Of a stretch of DNA of 64,000 bases, positions 20,574 to 30,032 are shown piece after piece; the first letter of the stretch is position 1; each line of letters starts with the position of its first letter. This DNA is from Thermoplasmata archaeon (GTDB lineage: Archaea > Thermoplasmatota > Thermoplasmata > RBG-16-68-12 > JAFNFQ01). The stretch spans positions 224,001 to 288,000 of the forward strand of contig JBGPQV010000001.1 of NCBI GenBank assembly GCA_041489255.1. Direction: 5' to 3'. The notes below the pieces were generated by a model. That model saw only the letters and a list, made by a program, of their open reading frames with translations, had not been told where the DNA came from and ran no database searches. The position numbers and the translations under genes were made by a program.

Positions 20574-22471
20574 GCGAGACAGGCAGTAGCCTCCCCAGCG
20601 TCGTCAGGCTCGAAGAGGCCATGGAAGCCGGCCACAAAGCCATGCGCTTGGAACGCTGGAAGGACGCCATGGGCTTCTTCCGGATGTCCACGGAACTCAA
20701 GCCGCTATACGTCGAGGCGTGGCTCGGCCTGGCGATGGCCCTGAGGCGCAGCGGGAATCTCCGCGGAGCGGTCGATTCCTACCGCAGGTCACTCGATATC
20801 GATTTCAGCAACAGGGATGCTTGGACCGGTCTCATCGAGGTGCTCCACGAACTGGGGATGTACAAGCAGGAGATCGAGGCGTGCGACTGCTTCCTGCGTT
20901 TCAACTCGAGAGCTGATGGCGCTCTTTTGAACAAGGGCGTGGCGCTGCATTCCCTCGGGAAACTGGAGGCCGCCCTGGATTGCTTCACGCAGGCCGCCGA
21001 TCGCAGGCCGGACAATGTGGCGGCGCTCAACAACAAGGGCGCCGTACTGCTCAGGCTCGGACGGCTTGAGGATGCTCTGGAGGCTTTCGATTGGGCGCTG
21101 ACATTCGAACCTCATCACGACGATGTCCTGAGGAACCGCTGCCTGCTGCTGATCCGCCTCGGGCGTTACAGCGAGGCTGTGCGCGCGGCGGAACAGATGC
21201 TCGCGGTGAAAGAGGAAGGATGGCTCTGGATGCTGAAGGGGCTCGCCCACGCCGAGCTCAGGGAAGTGCCTCTCGCGCTGCAATCGCTCGAGAGAGCGAG
21301 GGAACTCGACTCGAATCTCGAAGGACTGGAAGAGGCCCTCGAAAGGACTCGCAAGCTCAAGGCGACCATGGAGGAAGCGGAGAGGAGACTGCCCGACGGA
21401 GTGTCGGAGCAAAGGAAGGGAGCGGAGACTCCTGTCGCCGATCAACTTCAGATTCCTCCTCAAGGAATCGCCGTGGTCCTCCTCCATCTCGGCTACCCGA
21501 CGGAGGCCCTGAGCATCTGGCAACAGTCGATGGACAAGGACTGCCCCGACGACTGGCTCGGGCTGGGAAAGGCGTTGATGGCGGGCGGAGAGAGACATGC
21601 AGGGGAGAGGTGCCTCTCCGAGGCCGCCAAGCGGGCCTGGGGGGATGGAAACGCGACCGAGTTCCCCACCGACGAACTCCCTTCACTTTGGCGGGAAATC
21701 TCGAAGCATGTCTCCGAGGAACGCAAGAATGAGGCCATGGATCTGCTCTCCCGGGCACTGGAGTACAGGGGAGATCTGGAGCACGGCTGGGAGTGGCTCG
21801 GGGTGCTGAGGGCCTTGGACGGCCAGCTGGTCGCGTCGGAGGCAGCCCTGCGCCAAGCGACGGATGTTGAGCCCGACTATGCTACGGCTTGGAGCAACCT
21901 AGGCGCGGTCCTCATAAGTCAATGTAAACTGAACGAAGCATCAAACGCCCTCCGCACCGCCCTGGTGATCGATCCGAATCACGCCGAAGCGCTCAACAAC
22001 CTGGGCCTCGTCGAGTTGAGGCTCGGCAACTGCACCGAAGCACGGGAATCGCTGCGCAGGGCGATCAAGATCAAGGAGCACCCGCAGACCTGGCTGATCC
22101 TCGCCGCAGTGATGGAGAAGATGAACCGGTGGCGGGAAGCGGAGCACTGCTACGAGAAGACCCTCGCACTCGATCCGAAGAATGCGATGGCGGTGGCAGG
22201 ACTCGCGAGGACAAGGGGCAAGATCGGCTCTCGCACGAAAGCCATGATCGACAAGGGCAGCAGGCGGCTGATGCACATCAGAGGCGTGGGACCGAGCAGG
22301 GCCAGGGCGCTGGCCAAGGCGGGATACACATCGCCCAAGGCTATTGTCGAAGCTCCGCTCGCCGACATCTCAACGCTGCCCGGTTTCAACAAATCCGTCG
22401 CGGCGGAAATCAGGAAGACCGCGCGTCAGCTCCTCATGAAGCGGAACCCGCGAAGGTCCCCGGGCAGGTAG
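20570..22471 (+). CDS. TPR protein with C-terminal HhH domain
   Basis: ATGA overlap with the upstream gene and GGAGG RBS; TPRs; IRGVGPSRA..L..AGY and LPGF HhH motifs. Confidence 0.85.
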   Translation: MSETGSSLPSVVRLEEAMEAGHKAMRLERWKDAMGFFRMSTELKPLYVEAWLGLAMALRRSGNLRGAVDSYRRSLDIDFSNRDAWTGLIEVLHELGMYKQEIEACDCFLRFNSRADGALLNKGVALHSLGKLEAALDCFTQAADRRPDNVAALNNKGAVLLRLGRLEDALEAFDWALTFEPHHDDVLRNRCLLLIRLGRYSEAVRAAEQMLAVKEEGWLWMLKGLAHAELREVPLALQSLERARELDSNLEGLEEALERTRKLKATMEEAERRLPDGVSEQRKGAETPVADQLQIPPQGIAVVLLHLGYPTEALSIWQQSMDKDCPDDWLGLGKALMAGGERHAGERCLSEAAKRAWGDGNATEFPTDELPSLWREISKHVSEERKNEAMDLLSRALEYRGDLEHGWEWLGVLRALDGQLVASEAALRQATDVEPDYATAWSNLGAVLISQCKLNEASNALRTALVIDPNHAEALNNLGLVELRLGNCTEARESLRRAIKIKEHPQTWLILAAVMEKMNRWREAEHCYEKTLALDPKNAMAVAGLARTRGKIGSRTKAMIDKGSRRLMHIRGVGPSRARALAKAGYTSPKAIVEAPLADISTLPGFNKSVAAEIRKTARQLLMKRNPRRSPGR

Positions 22472-22734
22472 CTCCTGAGCCTCCCTATCTGTTCGTAGTC
22501 CGCCACGAGGCCTTTTATCTGCTCCTTCGAGAGGCCGGAGTGCTTCAGCTGTCTCCTGAAGACCCTGACGCCCTTCTTGCGCCTCGCCTTCATTCGGAGG
22601 AGGGCCAGGCCTGCCTTGAGCACGAGGACTGGGATGAAAGCGACGATCTCGACGATATCGCCGCTACTTCTCCTCGTCGACCTTGCTCCGGATTCGCTGC
22701 TTGAGCTTCTCTTCGATCTCTCGTCCGATGTCAT
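22426..22734 (-). CDS. Small basic hypothetical protein
   Basis: Third gene of a coupled minus-strand operon; F...LK.SGL..EQ...L...Y motif. Confidence 0.65.
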   Translation of the reverse strand: MTSDERSKRSSSSESGARSTRRSSGDIVEIVAFIPVLVLKAGLALLRMKARRKKGVRVFRRQLKHSGLSKEQIKGLVADYEQIGRLRSYLPGDLRGFRFMRS

Positions 22735-23029
22735 CGTCCTCGTCCCCGTGCTCGTGCTTCCCGCCGCCGCTAACCGCCTTGCCTATGATACCCGCCAAGT
22801 CCAGCGAAGACATGTACGTCTTCGTCAGCTCATAGGCCTGCTGGTCTGTCATCCCGCTGTCCTTCAGGGACTTATAGAAGCCAGCGATTGCCTGTCCGTA
22901 CTTGGCGGCGGACTCCTTGCCGTAGAGCACGTCGGTCAGTGCGTTCAGGAGCGCGGGGATCTTCTGGGAAACGACCTCGAGGATCTCCTTCACTTCTTCC
23001 GCGTCATGCTTCTCTTCTGACATTTTCAT
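22664..23029 (-). CDS. Small acidic hypothetical protein
   Basis: ATGA overlap with the upstream regulator, GGTGA RBS; FYKSLKDSGMTDQQAYEL..Y. Confidence 0.8.
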   Translation of the reverse strand: MKMSEEKHDAEEVKEILEVVSQKIPALLNALTDVLYGKESAAKYGQAIAGFYKSLKDSGMTDQQAYELTKTYMSSLDLAGIIGKAVSGGGKHEHGDEDDDIGREIEEKLKQRIRSKVDEEK

Positions 23030-23526
23030 TCACCTTCCTTTTTGCCTTGATTACCACTAGGTTGACCCTCATACTTCTGGAGACCGAGCAACTGTGACCA
23101 CTTTTGCACGACCTCGTCAGAGATGTTGAACCGCCTCTGCTTGCTGTCGGTCGACACCGTCACGACCCCGTTCTCCACCAGCTTGTCGAGGCGTTCCCTG
23201 ACGATGCGCCTCGAGGCGGAGCCCCTCCTCTGCCTCATCTGCTCGGCTATCTGGGATATGTTCCTATCTCCCTTGTCGAACAGTATCTTCACGATCTCCT
23301 GGGATATCGGATTCTTCAGACCGGGGATGACAACCTCGGGCGATATCTCTCCGTACCTTTGATAGAGTTCCAGGAGCCCGAAGTACCGCTTCGCGACCCC
23401 CTGAAGCTCCTCCAGCTGGCCGAGCACCTTCTGATATGGCCTGACTGCCATCTCCAGCGCCTCGGAGAGCTGGGCGATCTGCGCCCTCAGCTCCCTGATC
23501 TCGTCGCGGAGGTCCTCCTCGCCCAT
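23026..23526 (-). CDS. Winged-helix transcriptional regulator with N-terminal coiled coil
   Basis: NISQIAEQMR...SRRIVRERLDKLVENGVV. Confidence 0.8.
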   Translation of the reverse strand: MGEEDLRDEIRELRAQIAQLSEALEMAVRPYQKVLGQLEELQGVAKRYFGLLELYQRYGEISPEVVIPGLKNPISQEIVKILFDKGDRNISQIAEQMRQRRGSASRRIVRERLDKLVENGVVTVSTDSKQRRFNISDEVVQKWSQLLGLQKYEGQPSGNQGKKEGE

Positions 23527-23620
23527 TCGCGCTCTTATCGGCTAACGCCTATTAATCTGTAGCCGTCCGGGACCATGCGGGCTGAGGAGTCATTAAGAGC
23601 GGACAGGGCGTTCCCGCGGC

Positions 23621-24298
23621 GTGGTCGAACTCAAGCCCACCCACTACGACGGCGTGTTCTCCGACGGGCGGGACTTCTTCACGCGGAATCTCACGGCGGG
23701 AGTCAAGGTCTACGGCGAGAAACTCCTGACCTGCGGCGGGAAGGAGTACAGGCGTTGGGATCCCTACAGGAGCAAGCTCGCGGCGCTTCTGCAGAGGGGT
23801 TGCCCTGAATGGCCTTTCAAGGAGGACACGGAAGTGCTCTATCTCGGTGCCGCCAGCGGGACCACGGCGAGCCACCTCTCTGACATCTGTATGGAAGGGA
23901 GGCTGTACTGCATCGAGATATCCTCGAGGGTCTTCCGCAAGCTGCTCGACGTGGCGGTAAGGAGGCCGAATATGATGCCATTCCTCGGCGACGCGGACCG
24001 ACCGGATGCTTACAAGAGCCTCTTCGGCTTGGTCGAGGTGGTCTACCAGGACGTAGCACAGAGAGACCAGGTCCCGATCTTCTTGAAGAATGTCTCCTTC
24101 CTGGGCCCCGGGGGGCTCGGGTTCCTCATGGTCAAGGCGAGGAGCATCGACGTGGCGGCGCAGCCCGCAGACATTTATCGCCAAGTGTCAAAGGATCTCT
24201 CCGCGGCTGGGCTCAGCCTCCTCGGCACCGTCCGGCTCGACCCATTTCAGAAAGACCACGCGGCGGTCGTCGTCCAAAAGCCTTCGGGGCAAGCTTAA
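23621..24298 (+). CDS. flpA: Fibrillarin-like rRNA/tRNA 2'-O-methyltransferase
   Basis: VYGE, WDPYRSKLAA, VLYLGAASGTTASH, YQDVAQ, KARSID. Confidence 0.97.
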   Translation: MVELKPTHYDGVFSDGRDFFTRNLTAGVKVYGEKLLTCGGKEYRRWDPYRSKLAALLQRGCPEWPFKEDTEVLYLGAASGTTASHLSDICMEGRLYCIEISSRVFRKLLDVAVRRPNMMPFLGDADRPDAYKSLFGLVEVVYQDVAQRDQVPIFLKNVSFLGPGGLGFLMVKARSIDVAAQPADIYRQVSKDLSAAGLSLLGTVRLDPFQKDHAAVVVQKPSGQA

Positions 24299-24338
24299 AT
24301 AACGGCGCAGTTATCGTCATCCTCCCCCGAGGCGGAAC

Positions 24339-24794
24339 ATGGCCAGATTGTATGCGAAGAGGAAGGGCAAGTCGGGCAGCAGGAGGCCTCAGGTCAAGGA
24401 GAGCCCCGCCTGGGTCCAGCTCAAGAAGGACGAGATAGAGAGCCTCATAGTCAAGCTGTCAGGGACCGGTCTGGCCTCGGCGCAGATAGGCCTGAAGCTG
24501 AGGGACTCCTACGGCGTGCCGGACGTGCGCCTCGCGACAGGGAAGACCGTCGTGAAGATCATGAAGGAGAAGGGCGTGAAGATCGACATCCCCGAGGATG
24601 TCACGTCGCTCATGAAAAAGGCGGTGCATCTCCAGACGCACATCAAAGCGAACCCGGCCGATCTCTCCAACAAGCGCTCCCTCGGGCTGGTCGAGAGCAG
24701 GATACGCCGCCTCTCGCGCTACTACAAGCGCGAAGGAGTGATTCCGCAGGATTGGGACTACAAGGTCATGCTGGCCGAGATCGGGGCAAAGTAA
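24339..24794 (+). CDS. rps15: 30S ribosomal protein uS15 (S15p/S13e)
   Basis: MARLYAKRKGKSGS, QIGLKLRDSYG, ESRIRRLSRYYK. Confidence 0.97.
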   Translation: MARLYAKRKGKSGSRRPQVKESPAWVQLKKDEIESLIVKLSGTGLASAQIGLKLRDSYGVPDVRLATGKTVVKIMKEKGVKIDIPEDVTSLMKKAVHLQTHIKANPADLSNKRSLGLVESRIRRLSRYYKREGVIPQDWDYKVMLAEIGAK

Positions 24795-24808
24795 GGCGGG
24801 GGTGGAGC

Positions 24809-26167
24809 ACGTCGAAGCTCTCGGACATCGTCCCGGCGCCGCTCCTTTCTAGGATACAGCAGGGCGCGCAGTTGCTCGAACGGTCCCGCCGCGCGAGGAT
24901 CCTTTGTCACTATGATCCAGACGGTGCGGCCGCCGCCGCGACGATCGCGAAGACCCTGATAAGGAAGGGCAAGGAGTTCCACATCACACTCAGCTCAGTG
25001 CTGGACGAGGAGCTCCTCTCCAAGTTCAGGGAGGAGGGGAACGACCTGACGATAGTCGCGGACATGGGCAGCGGGCAGCTCGACATGCTCGAGAGGCTCG
25101 ATGGCGGGACGATTGTTCTCGATCATCACAAGCCTCACGGCGATTCTGAGAAGGTCGTCCATGTGAACCCTCACCTTGCCGGCATCGACGGAGTGCGCGA
25201 GGTGTGCGGCGCCAGCATGGCTTGGATCTTCTCCTTGATTGTTGACGAGGCGAACTGGGACCTCGCAGGGATCGCCATGGCGGGAGCGATAGGGGACAGG
25301 CAGCACGTCGACGGCTTCATCGGACTGAACGCCGGACTCTTCAAGGAGGCCGAGGCGCGCAAGGTCCTCGTAAAGGAAAGAATGCTCTCACTTCGCGATA
25401 TGCCTCTCGCCGACGCCTTGTCATGCTCGCTGAGCCCCTATATGGTCGGGCTCACGGGCAGGCGCGAGGCCTGCGTGGATTTCATCAAGTCCCTTGGCCT
25501 GGATCCAGAAGTCTCCCCGCGGAAGCTCCCCGCCAAAGAGAGGAGAACCCTGACCTCGATGCTCGCAATCCGCATGTTAAAGCAGGGGGCCCAGCCCGAG
25601 GCGATGAGGACGCTGGTGGAAGAGAAGTACTGGATTCCTGACAGGGGAATCTACGCAGAGGAGATGAGCGCATTGATAAACAGCTGCTCGAGGCTCGGGC
25701 GGGAAGGGCTCGGCGTCTCCCTCGCCCTTGGAGACGGCGGAGCGCTGAGGGAAGCCGAAGTCCTGCGGGACGACTATTTCAGGCAGATCATAGGCTACCT
25801 GCACGAGCTCGAGAAAGGGATGTTCACGAAGAAGCGCGTCCAGTTCTTCTACTGCCCCGAACCGACCCTGGCGGGAGCAGTGGCCGGCATCGGGATGCAG
25901 TACTACTTCAACGGCGAGATGCCGTCGCTGGGCTTCTCCGTGCTCGAGAAGACGACGAAGGTCTCGTCGAGGGGGAACAGGCAGCTCGTCGCCCGGGGGC
26001 TCGACCTCTCGTCGGCGATGAACGAGGCCGCCGCAGAAGTAGGCGGTCAAGGCGGTGGGCACAACATAGCCTCCGGCGCGACGATCCCAAAGGGCAAGGA
26101 GGAGAAGTTCATCTCCCTCGTGGACGACATCGTCGACCGCCAGCTGAAAGTCAAAGCCGAAGCGTGA
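24809..26167 (+). CDS. RecJ-like DHH phosphoesterase (start uncertain)
   Basis: HYDPDG, ADMG, LDHH, GAIGD, GGGH..ASG motifs; usual neighbour of rps15 in archaea. Confidence 0.9.
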   Translation, partial: TSKLSDIVPAPLLSRIQQGAQLLERSRRARILCHYDPDGAAAAATIAKTLIRKGKEFHITLSSVLDEELLSKFREEGNDLTIVADMGSGQLDMLERLDGGTIVLDHHKPHGDSEKVVHVNPHLAGIDGVREVCGASMAWIFSLIVDEANWDLAGIAMAGAIGDRQHVDGFIGLNAGLFKEAEARKVLVKERMLSLRDMPLADALSCSLSPYMVGLTGRREACVDFIKSLGLDPEVSPRKLPAKERRTLTSMLAIRMLKQGAQPEAMRTLVEEKYWIPDRGIYAEEMSALINSCSRLGREGLGVSLALGDGGALREAEVLRDDYFRQIIGYLHELEKGMFTKKRVQFFYCPEPTLAGAVAGIGMQYYFNGEMPSLGFSVLEKTTKVSSRGNRQLVARGLDLSSAMNEAAAEVGGQGGGHNIASGATIPKGKEEKFISLVDDIVDRQLKVKAEA

Positions 26168-27137
26168 ATTCGTCGGAAGTGACCTGCCACTGCGCCTCTC
26201 GAGAATAGTAGACCCATGTCCCGAGGAACTCCGCCGCCACTCCTCCCGCCATCCCGCGCTTGTCCGTCGACCAGTCCCAGCCGAAGATCATGCACGAGAT
26301 GTAGTATCTCTCGCCGCCAGCCGCATCGGCGAGGGTGAACGAGGTGCCGATGATTTCCCCCGCCAAAGTCTCCACCCCGAGCACTGCAATGTACCTTCCA
26401 GCCCATGCATCCGGCGTTACCGCCAGGTCGTGGATTGTGACGACCGCGTAGGATTCCGGAATGTCAGCAGGGTGCGGTGCAATCGCGTCATTCTCGCCCG
26501 CCACCTTAATCTCGAACCGCCTTCGCTCCTCGTTGTAGAGCAGCAGACCGAATACATCCACGTTCCCTCGTGCCCCTTTCCTCCCCTGATCATCGACCCA
26601 GAACGAGTCCCCATCAGAGTGTATGAGTGTCTTGTCCCAATCCACCGCGCTCGCGATCTCGGCGACCTCGCCGCCGACAAGGACCTGCATACCATCGAAC
26701 ATCTCCGGATTCGATGCCAACGTGTCCAGCCCCAATCGGTTCTCCTCAGCTCCCGCCAGGAGCTGCACCATCGACGCATCCGATACCGCGATTTCCACCT
26801 CCCCGCCAAACTCCTGAACTTCCCCCGCTACCCTCAGTTTCGCACCCGGGACGATTCTCTCCATGAACTCGATGGATCTGGCGATTTTTCCCGGGAGAAA
26901 GACCGTTATGGCGGCGAAGTCCGAGTAGTCCACGAGTTCGATCTGCAGACCACCGCCACCAACCGCAGAGATCTCCCTCACGTGCCCTTGGGTCCGGACG
27001 AACGACCCCACGTCATCAGACCCTATCTCCCCGATGTTCACAGTCCTGGGGTTCACCGTCCAAGCATAGGCATAGAGGGCGAGTGTGCTCAGCATGCTTG
27101 CCGCCAGCGACAGCGCGAGGAGCTTTCTGCTATCCAC
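26151..27137 (-). CDS. Membrane-anchored OB-fold repeat protein
   Basis: N-terminal TM; IGEI...VG.FV.T.G.V and PGAKLRVAGEVQEFGGEVEI OB-like units. Confidence 0.7.
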   Translation of the reverse strand: MDSRKLLALSLAASMLSTLALYAYAWTVNPRTVNIGEIGSDDVGSFVRTQGHVREISAVGGGGLQIELVDYSDFAAITVFLPGKIARSIEFMERIVPGAKLRVAGEVQEFGGEVEIAVSDASMVQLLAGAEENRLGLDTLASNPEMFDGMQVLVGGEVAEIASAVDWDKTLIHSDGDSFWVDDQGRKGARGNVDVFGLLLYNEERRRFEIKVAGENDAIAPHPADIPESYAVVTIHDLAVTPDAWAGRYIAVLGVETLAGEIIGTSFTLADAAGGERYYISCMIFGWDWSTDKRGMAGGVAAEFLGTWVYYSREAQWQVTSDEFTLRL

Positions 27138-27169
27138 GAAGCAACCCGCTGTATGAGACCGGCGAGGGG

Positions 27170-27787
27170 TTACTTACCCTCATAGGTGTCAAGTAGCTTG
27201 CTGACCTGCTTAGTCTCCATGTCCATCTTTATTGTCGGGGCCTCGACCACCTCGAGGTTCCTCTCAAGCAGGGCGAGTTCCTTCTCCTCCAAGGCCTCCG
27301 GGCTGACCGGCAGGATCACTATCGCCTTCCTCTGCATGACGAACTCGTTGACCTGTTCGACGAACATCAGCGTCTGGAGGAAGCCGTTGTTGACCATGAT
27401 GTACTCGAGCCCGTCTATCAGGACGACGGCCTCGCCTCCGGATTCCTCGATGAACTTGCAGATCGCCTTCGTGAGCACCCCGAGCGCGGTCGGATTGTGG
27501 TAGTCGTCCCCGGGCGTGTGGCTGAGCCAGATGACCCTTATGTCCCTCAGGCTGTGCTCGCGCCTCACCCTGTCGGGATACTGGCGGGTGACGCAGAGCG
27601 CGGGGAGCCCAGTCTTGACGAGCGAGCCGAATAGGTAGAACGAGAAATCCGGCTTCTTCTCCTTGACGAGGTGACAGACGCCCCTGGACAGCTCCAGCGG
27701 CGGACCCGCCTCGAAAGGAACGATTTCAGGACTCACTGATACCCCTTCTCTGGGCGCATCCTGCCCTTCTCTGGTGAATCCATCCAC
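27170..27787 (-). CDS. DUF835 domain protein (inactive KaiC-like ATPase fold)
   Basis: LCVTRQYP, IWLS, VVLIDGLEYIM..NGF, E.ALLER. Confidence 0.88.
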   Translation of the reverse strand: MDGFTREGQDAPREGVSVSPEIVPFEAGPPLELSRGVCHLVKEKKPDFSFYLFGSLVKTGLPALCVTRQYPDRVRREHSLRDIRVIWLSHTPGDDYHNPTALGVLTKAICKFIEESGGEAVVLIDGLEYIMVNNGFLQTLMFVEQVNEFVMQRKAIVILPVSPEALEEKELALLERNLEVVEAPTIKMDMETKQVSKLLDTYEGK

Positions 27788-27817
27788 CGTCGCGGCTTAA
27801 GGGTTTTGACCTGATTA

Positions 27818-29002
27818 TCACTTGGCGGTCTTTGATTTCCTGCTGCCCAGTATCTCCACCAGCATCCCCTCGAGGGTCTTGGCGGGAATTTCGGGCAGGG
27901 ATATCAGGGTGGTCTTGCCGACGACCCCCTCCCCCGATATCTTCGCGTCAATCAAGCCGAGTGCGTCGAGGTCTCTGAGGTACTTCCAGTACTGCGTGTG
28001 CCCTCTCTGCATCTCCCCGTACTCCTCGCAGACCAGGGCGTAGGCCTCCTCCGCCGCGCCCGTGGATATATAGGCCTTCCTCCTGATCTTGCGTGCAACC
28101 GCCAGGAGGACTATGGCCTTCGATTTGTCCAGCGCCTTCAACCTCTCTTCCATTCCCGTAGGGTGCACCGAGGCCTTGGCCCCCCGGACGTGCTCCGCCG
28201 CGATCTCCTCCAAAGACTCCTCATCTGCCAACAGACCAGCGTTCCAGAGTATCTCGATGGCGTACCTCGCGTCACCGAACTCCGAGGCGATGTCGGAGAT
28301 AAGGTCGAGGACGTCTCCGCCGACGCAGCCGGGGTGGATCGCCAGTTCCGCCCTGATCTGGATTATGTCCCTGAGCTCCTCGCGAGCGTACTTGCCGAAC
28401 TCGACCACGCTCGTCCTCCTGAATGTGCTCAAGGCCGCCTTATCGAGGTGGTCCAGCGCGTCGGTCTTCTGCGAGATGAGGATGAGCGAGATGTGACCCC
28501 GCCCGCCGGAATGCTCCTCCCCGAACCGCGAGAAAGTGTAGATGAGGTTGGAGCCGCTCTTCTTCAGGAGGGCGTCGACCTCGTCGAGGATGATTACGAT
28601 GTTCGTTTTCCTCTTCTCCAGCCAGGTCCTCAGCACATTGAGCTTCTCCGAGATCGAGAAGCCCCTGTCGGGGAATCTCTCGTCGTAGCTCTTGAGGATG
28701 GCCAGCAGTACCGCGTCGTCGCCCATTCTCTGGCGGCAGTTGACGAGCACGCTGTCGAGAGCCCTGTCGCCCTCCTGAGCTTTCTTGATCAACTCGAGAC
28801 AGAACCGCCTGGAAAGGTGCGTCTTCCCCGTACCGACGGCGCCATGGACGAACGCATTGCTCGGAACATTCGCCTCGAGGAGCGGGCGGAACAGCTGGAA
28901 GAGTCTCTGCATCTGCTTCTCCCTGTGCGGCATCTTCTCAGGGAGGTAGTCGAACGATAGCTTCCCCAGATCCTTGAACACCGTGCCGCCCTTCAGGCCC
29001 AT
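27818..29002 (-). CDS. cdc6: Orc1/Cdc6 replication initiator
   Basis: YLPEKMPHRE, GAVGTGKT, IILDEVD, GDARYAI, C-terminal wH; TTTAAA box about 25 nt upstream of ATG 29002. Confidence 0.95.
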   Translation of the reverse strand: MGLKGGTVFKDLGKLSFDYLPEKMPHREKQMQRLFQLFRPLLEANVPSNAFVHGAVGTGKTHLSRRFCLELIKKAQEGDRALDSVLVNCRQRMGDDAVLLAILKSYDERFPDRGFSISEKLNVLRTWLEKRKTNIVIILDEVDALLKKSGSNLIYTFSRFGEEHSGGRGHISLILISQKTDALDHLDKAALSTFRRTSVVEFGKYAREELRDIIQIRAELAIHPGCVGGDVLDLISDIASEFGDARYAIEILWNAGLLADEESLEEIAAEHVRGAKASVHPTGMEERLKALDKSKAIVLLAVARKIRRKAYISTGAAEEAYALVCEEYGEMQRGHTQYWKYLRDLDALGLIDAKISGEGVVGKTTLISLPEIPAKTLEGMLVEILGSRKSKTAK

Positions 29003-29374
29003 CGACCGCGTATCCCCCCCGTCACGTTTAAACCCTTCTTGCGGGAGGGGTGGAACGAATCTCTCAGCGCTTTCAATGTCCTGTACCATCCCCATTCTGA
29101 CTGCTTGACGGACGGTTTCACGGTCTGGATGACGACGGTGGCGCTGAAGATAGTCAGATGGCTGTTCGTGGCCGAAATGACATTGAGATTCGGCACGTAG
29201 GCGATACTCTGGATTCCGTCGCCTATGTTACGGCTGCTCGCGATGTCTTGAAGCCGCATGACGAACGATGCTGTTTCCGAGGCGGGGCCGGGCTTATGAA
29301 CATGTCCGTGCCCATCTCGGACTCGTTCCTCATGGGGATAGTGTCCAGTGAGGATAGGGGGTTGGCCAGCGCGA

Positions 29375-29911
29375 TCATTCCTTCAGTCTCTCTCGGAACT
29401 CCTTGCGGAACTTCCTCACCTTGGGGGAAATCACCGCGATGCAGTAACCACCGTATGGATTCTTCCTGAAGTAGTCCTGGTGATAATCCTCGGCGCGATA
29501 GAAAGCTGCGGAGGGCACCACCTCCGTGACTATCGGGCGGCTCCAAAGGCCATCATTGCTCAGCTCGGCAATCAGGCTCTTCACCACTTTCATTTGATCA
29601 GCGGAATGATAGAATATTGCCGATCGATATTGGGGTCCCAAGTCAGCACCTTGGCGGTTCAGGGTCGTGGAATCGTGGACTTTGAAGAAGACGCGGAGCA
29701 AATCCTCGAACGAAATCGTGGCGGGGTCGAAGACTATCTGCACGGCTTCCGCGTGCCCGGTCGTGCCGGTACAGACCTGCTCGTAGCCGGGGTCCGGGAC
29801 ACGGCCCCCCGAGTAGCCGCACTCGACACTTTGCACGCCCTTCAGCTCCTGGAAAATCGGCTGGAGACACCAGAAGCAGCCACCGGCGAGAGTGGCGGTT
29901 TCAATGGCCAT
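29375..29911 (-). CDS. msrA: Peptide methionine sulfoxide reductase A
   Basis: GGCFWC, GYSGG, TGHAEAV, NRQG.D.G.QYRS, AEDYHQDY. Confidence 0.96.
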   Translation of the reverse strand: MAIETATLAGGCFWCLQPIFQELKGVQSVECGYSGGRVPDPGYEQVCTGTTGHAEAVQIVFDPATISFEDLLRVFFKVHDSTTLNRQGADLGPQYRSAIFYHSADQMKVVKSLIAELSNDGLWSRPIVTEVVPSAAFYRAEDYHQDYFRKNPYGGYCIAVISPKVRKFRKEFRERLKE

Positions 29912-30032
29912 GGTGTATCCTACGCAATGGCGGTAGTTGGCTTTTTGGGATGAATCGAAAGGATGGCGGCTGGTCGGGGGGGTAAGGGATTGAACGTGGG
30001 AGTGGAGGGAGACGAAACCTGCTCCAGCAGCG

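Noticed and set aside
29003-29374. Replication origin (ORB boxes) upstream of cdc6
   Set aside because: Only partial matches (GTTCCA, a G-string, TCCAGTGAGG); no repeated TCCA-N3-GAAAC boxes and no AT-rich unwinding element. The stretch looks more like a decayed ORF fragment, too weak to annotate.
29971-29995. tRNA 3'-end-like remnant / att site (minus strand GTTCAATCCC...CCCGACCA)
   Set aside because: Does not match tRNA-Ala or tRNA-Leu 3' ends, spacing is off by one, no T-stem partner, and no integrase nearby
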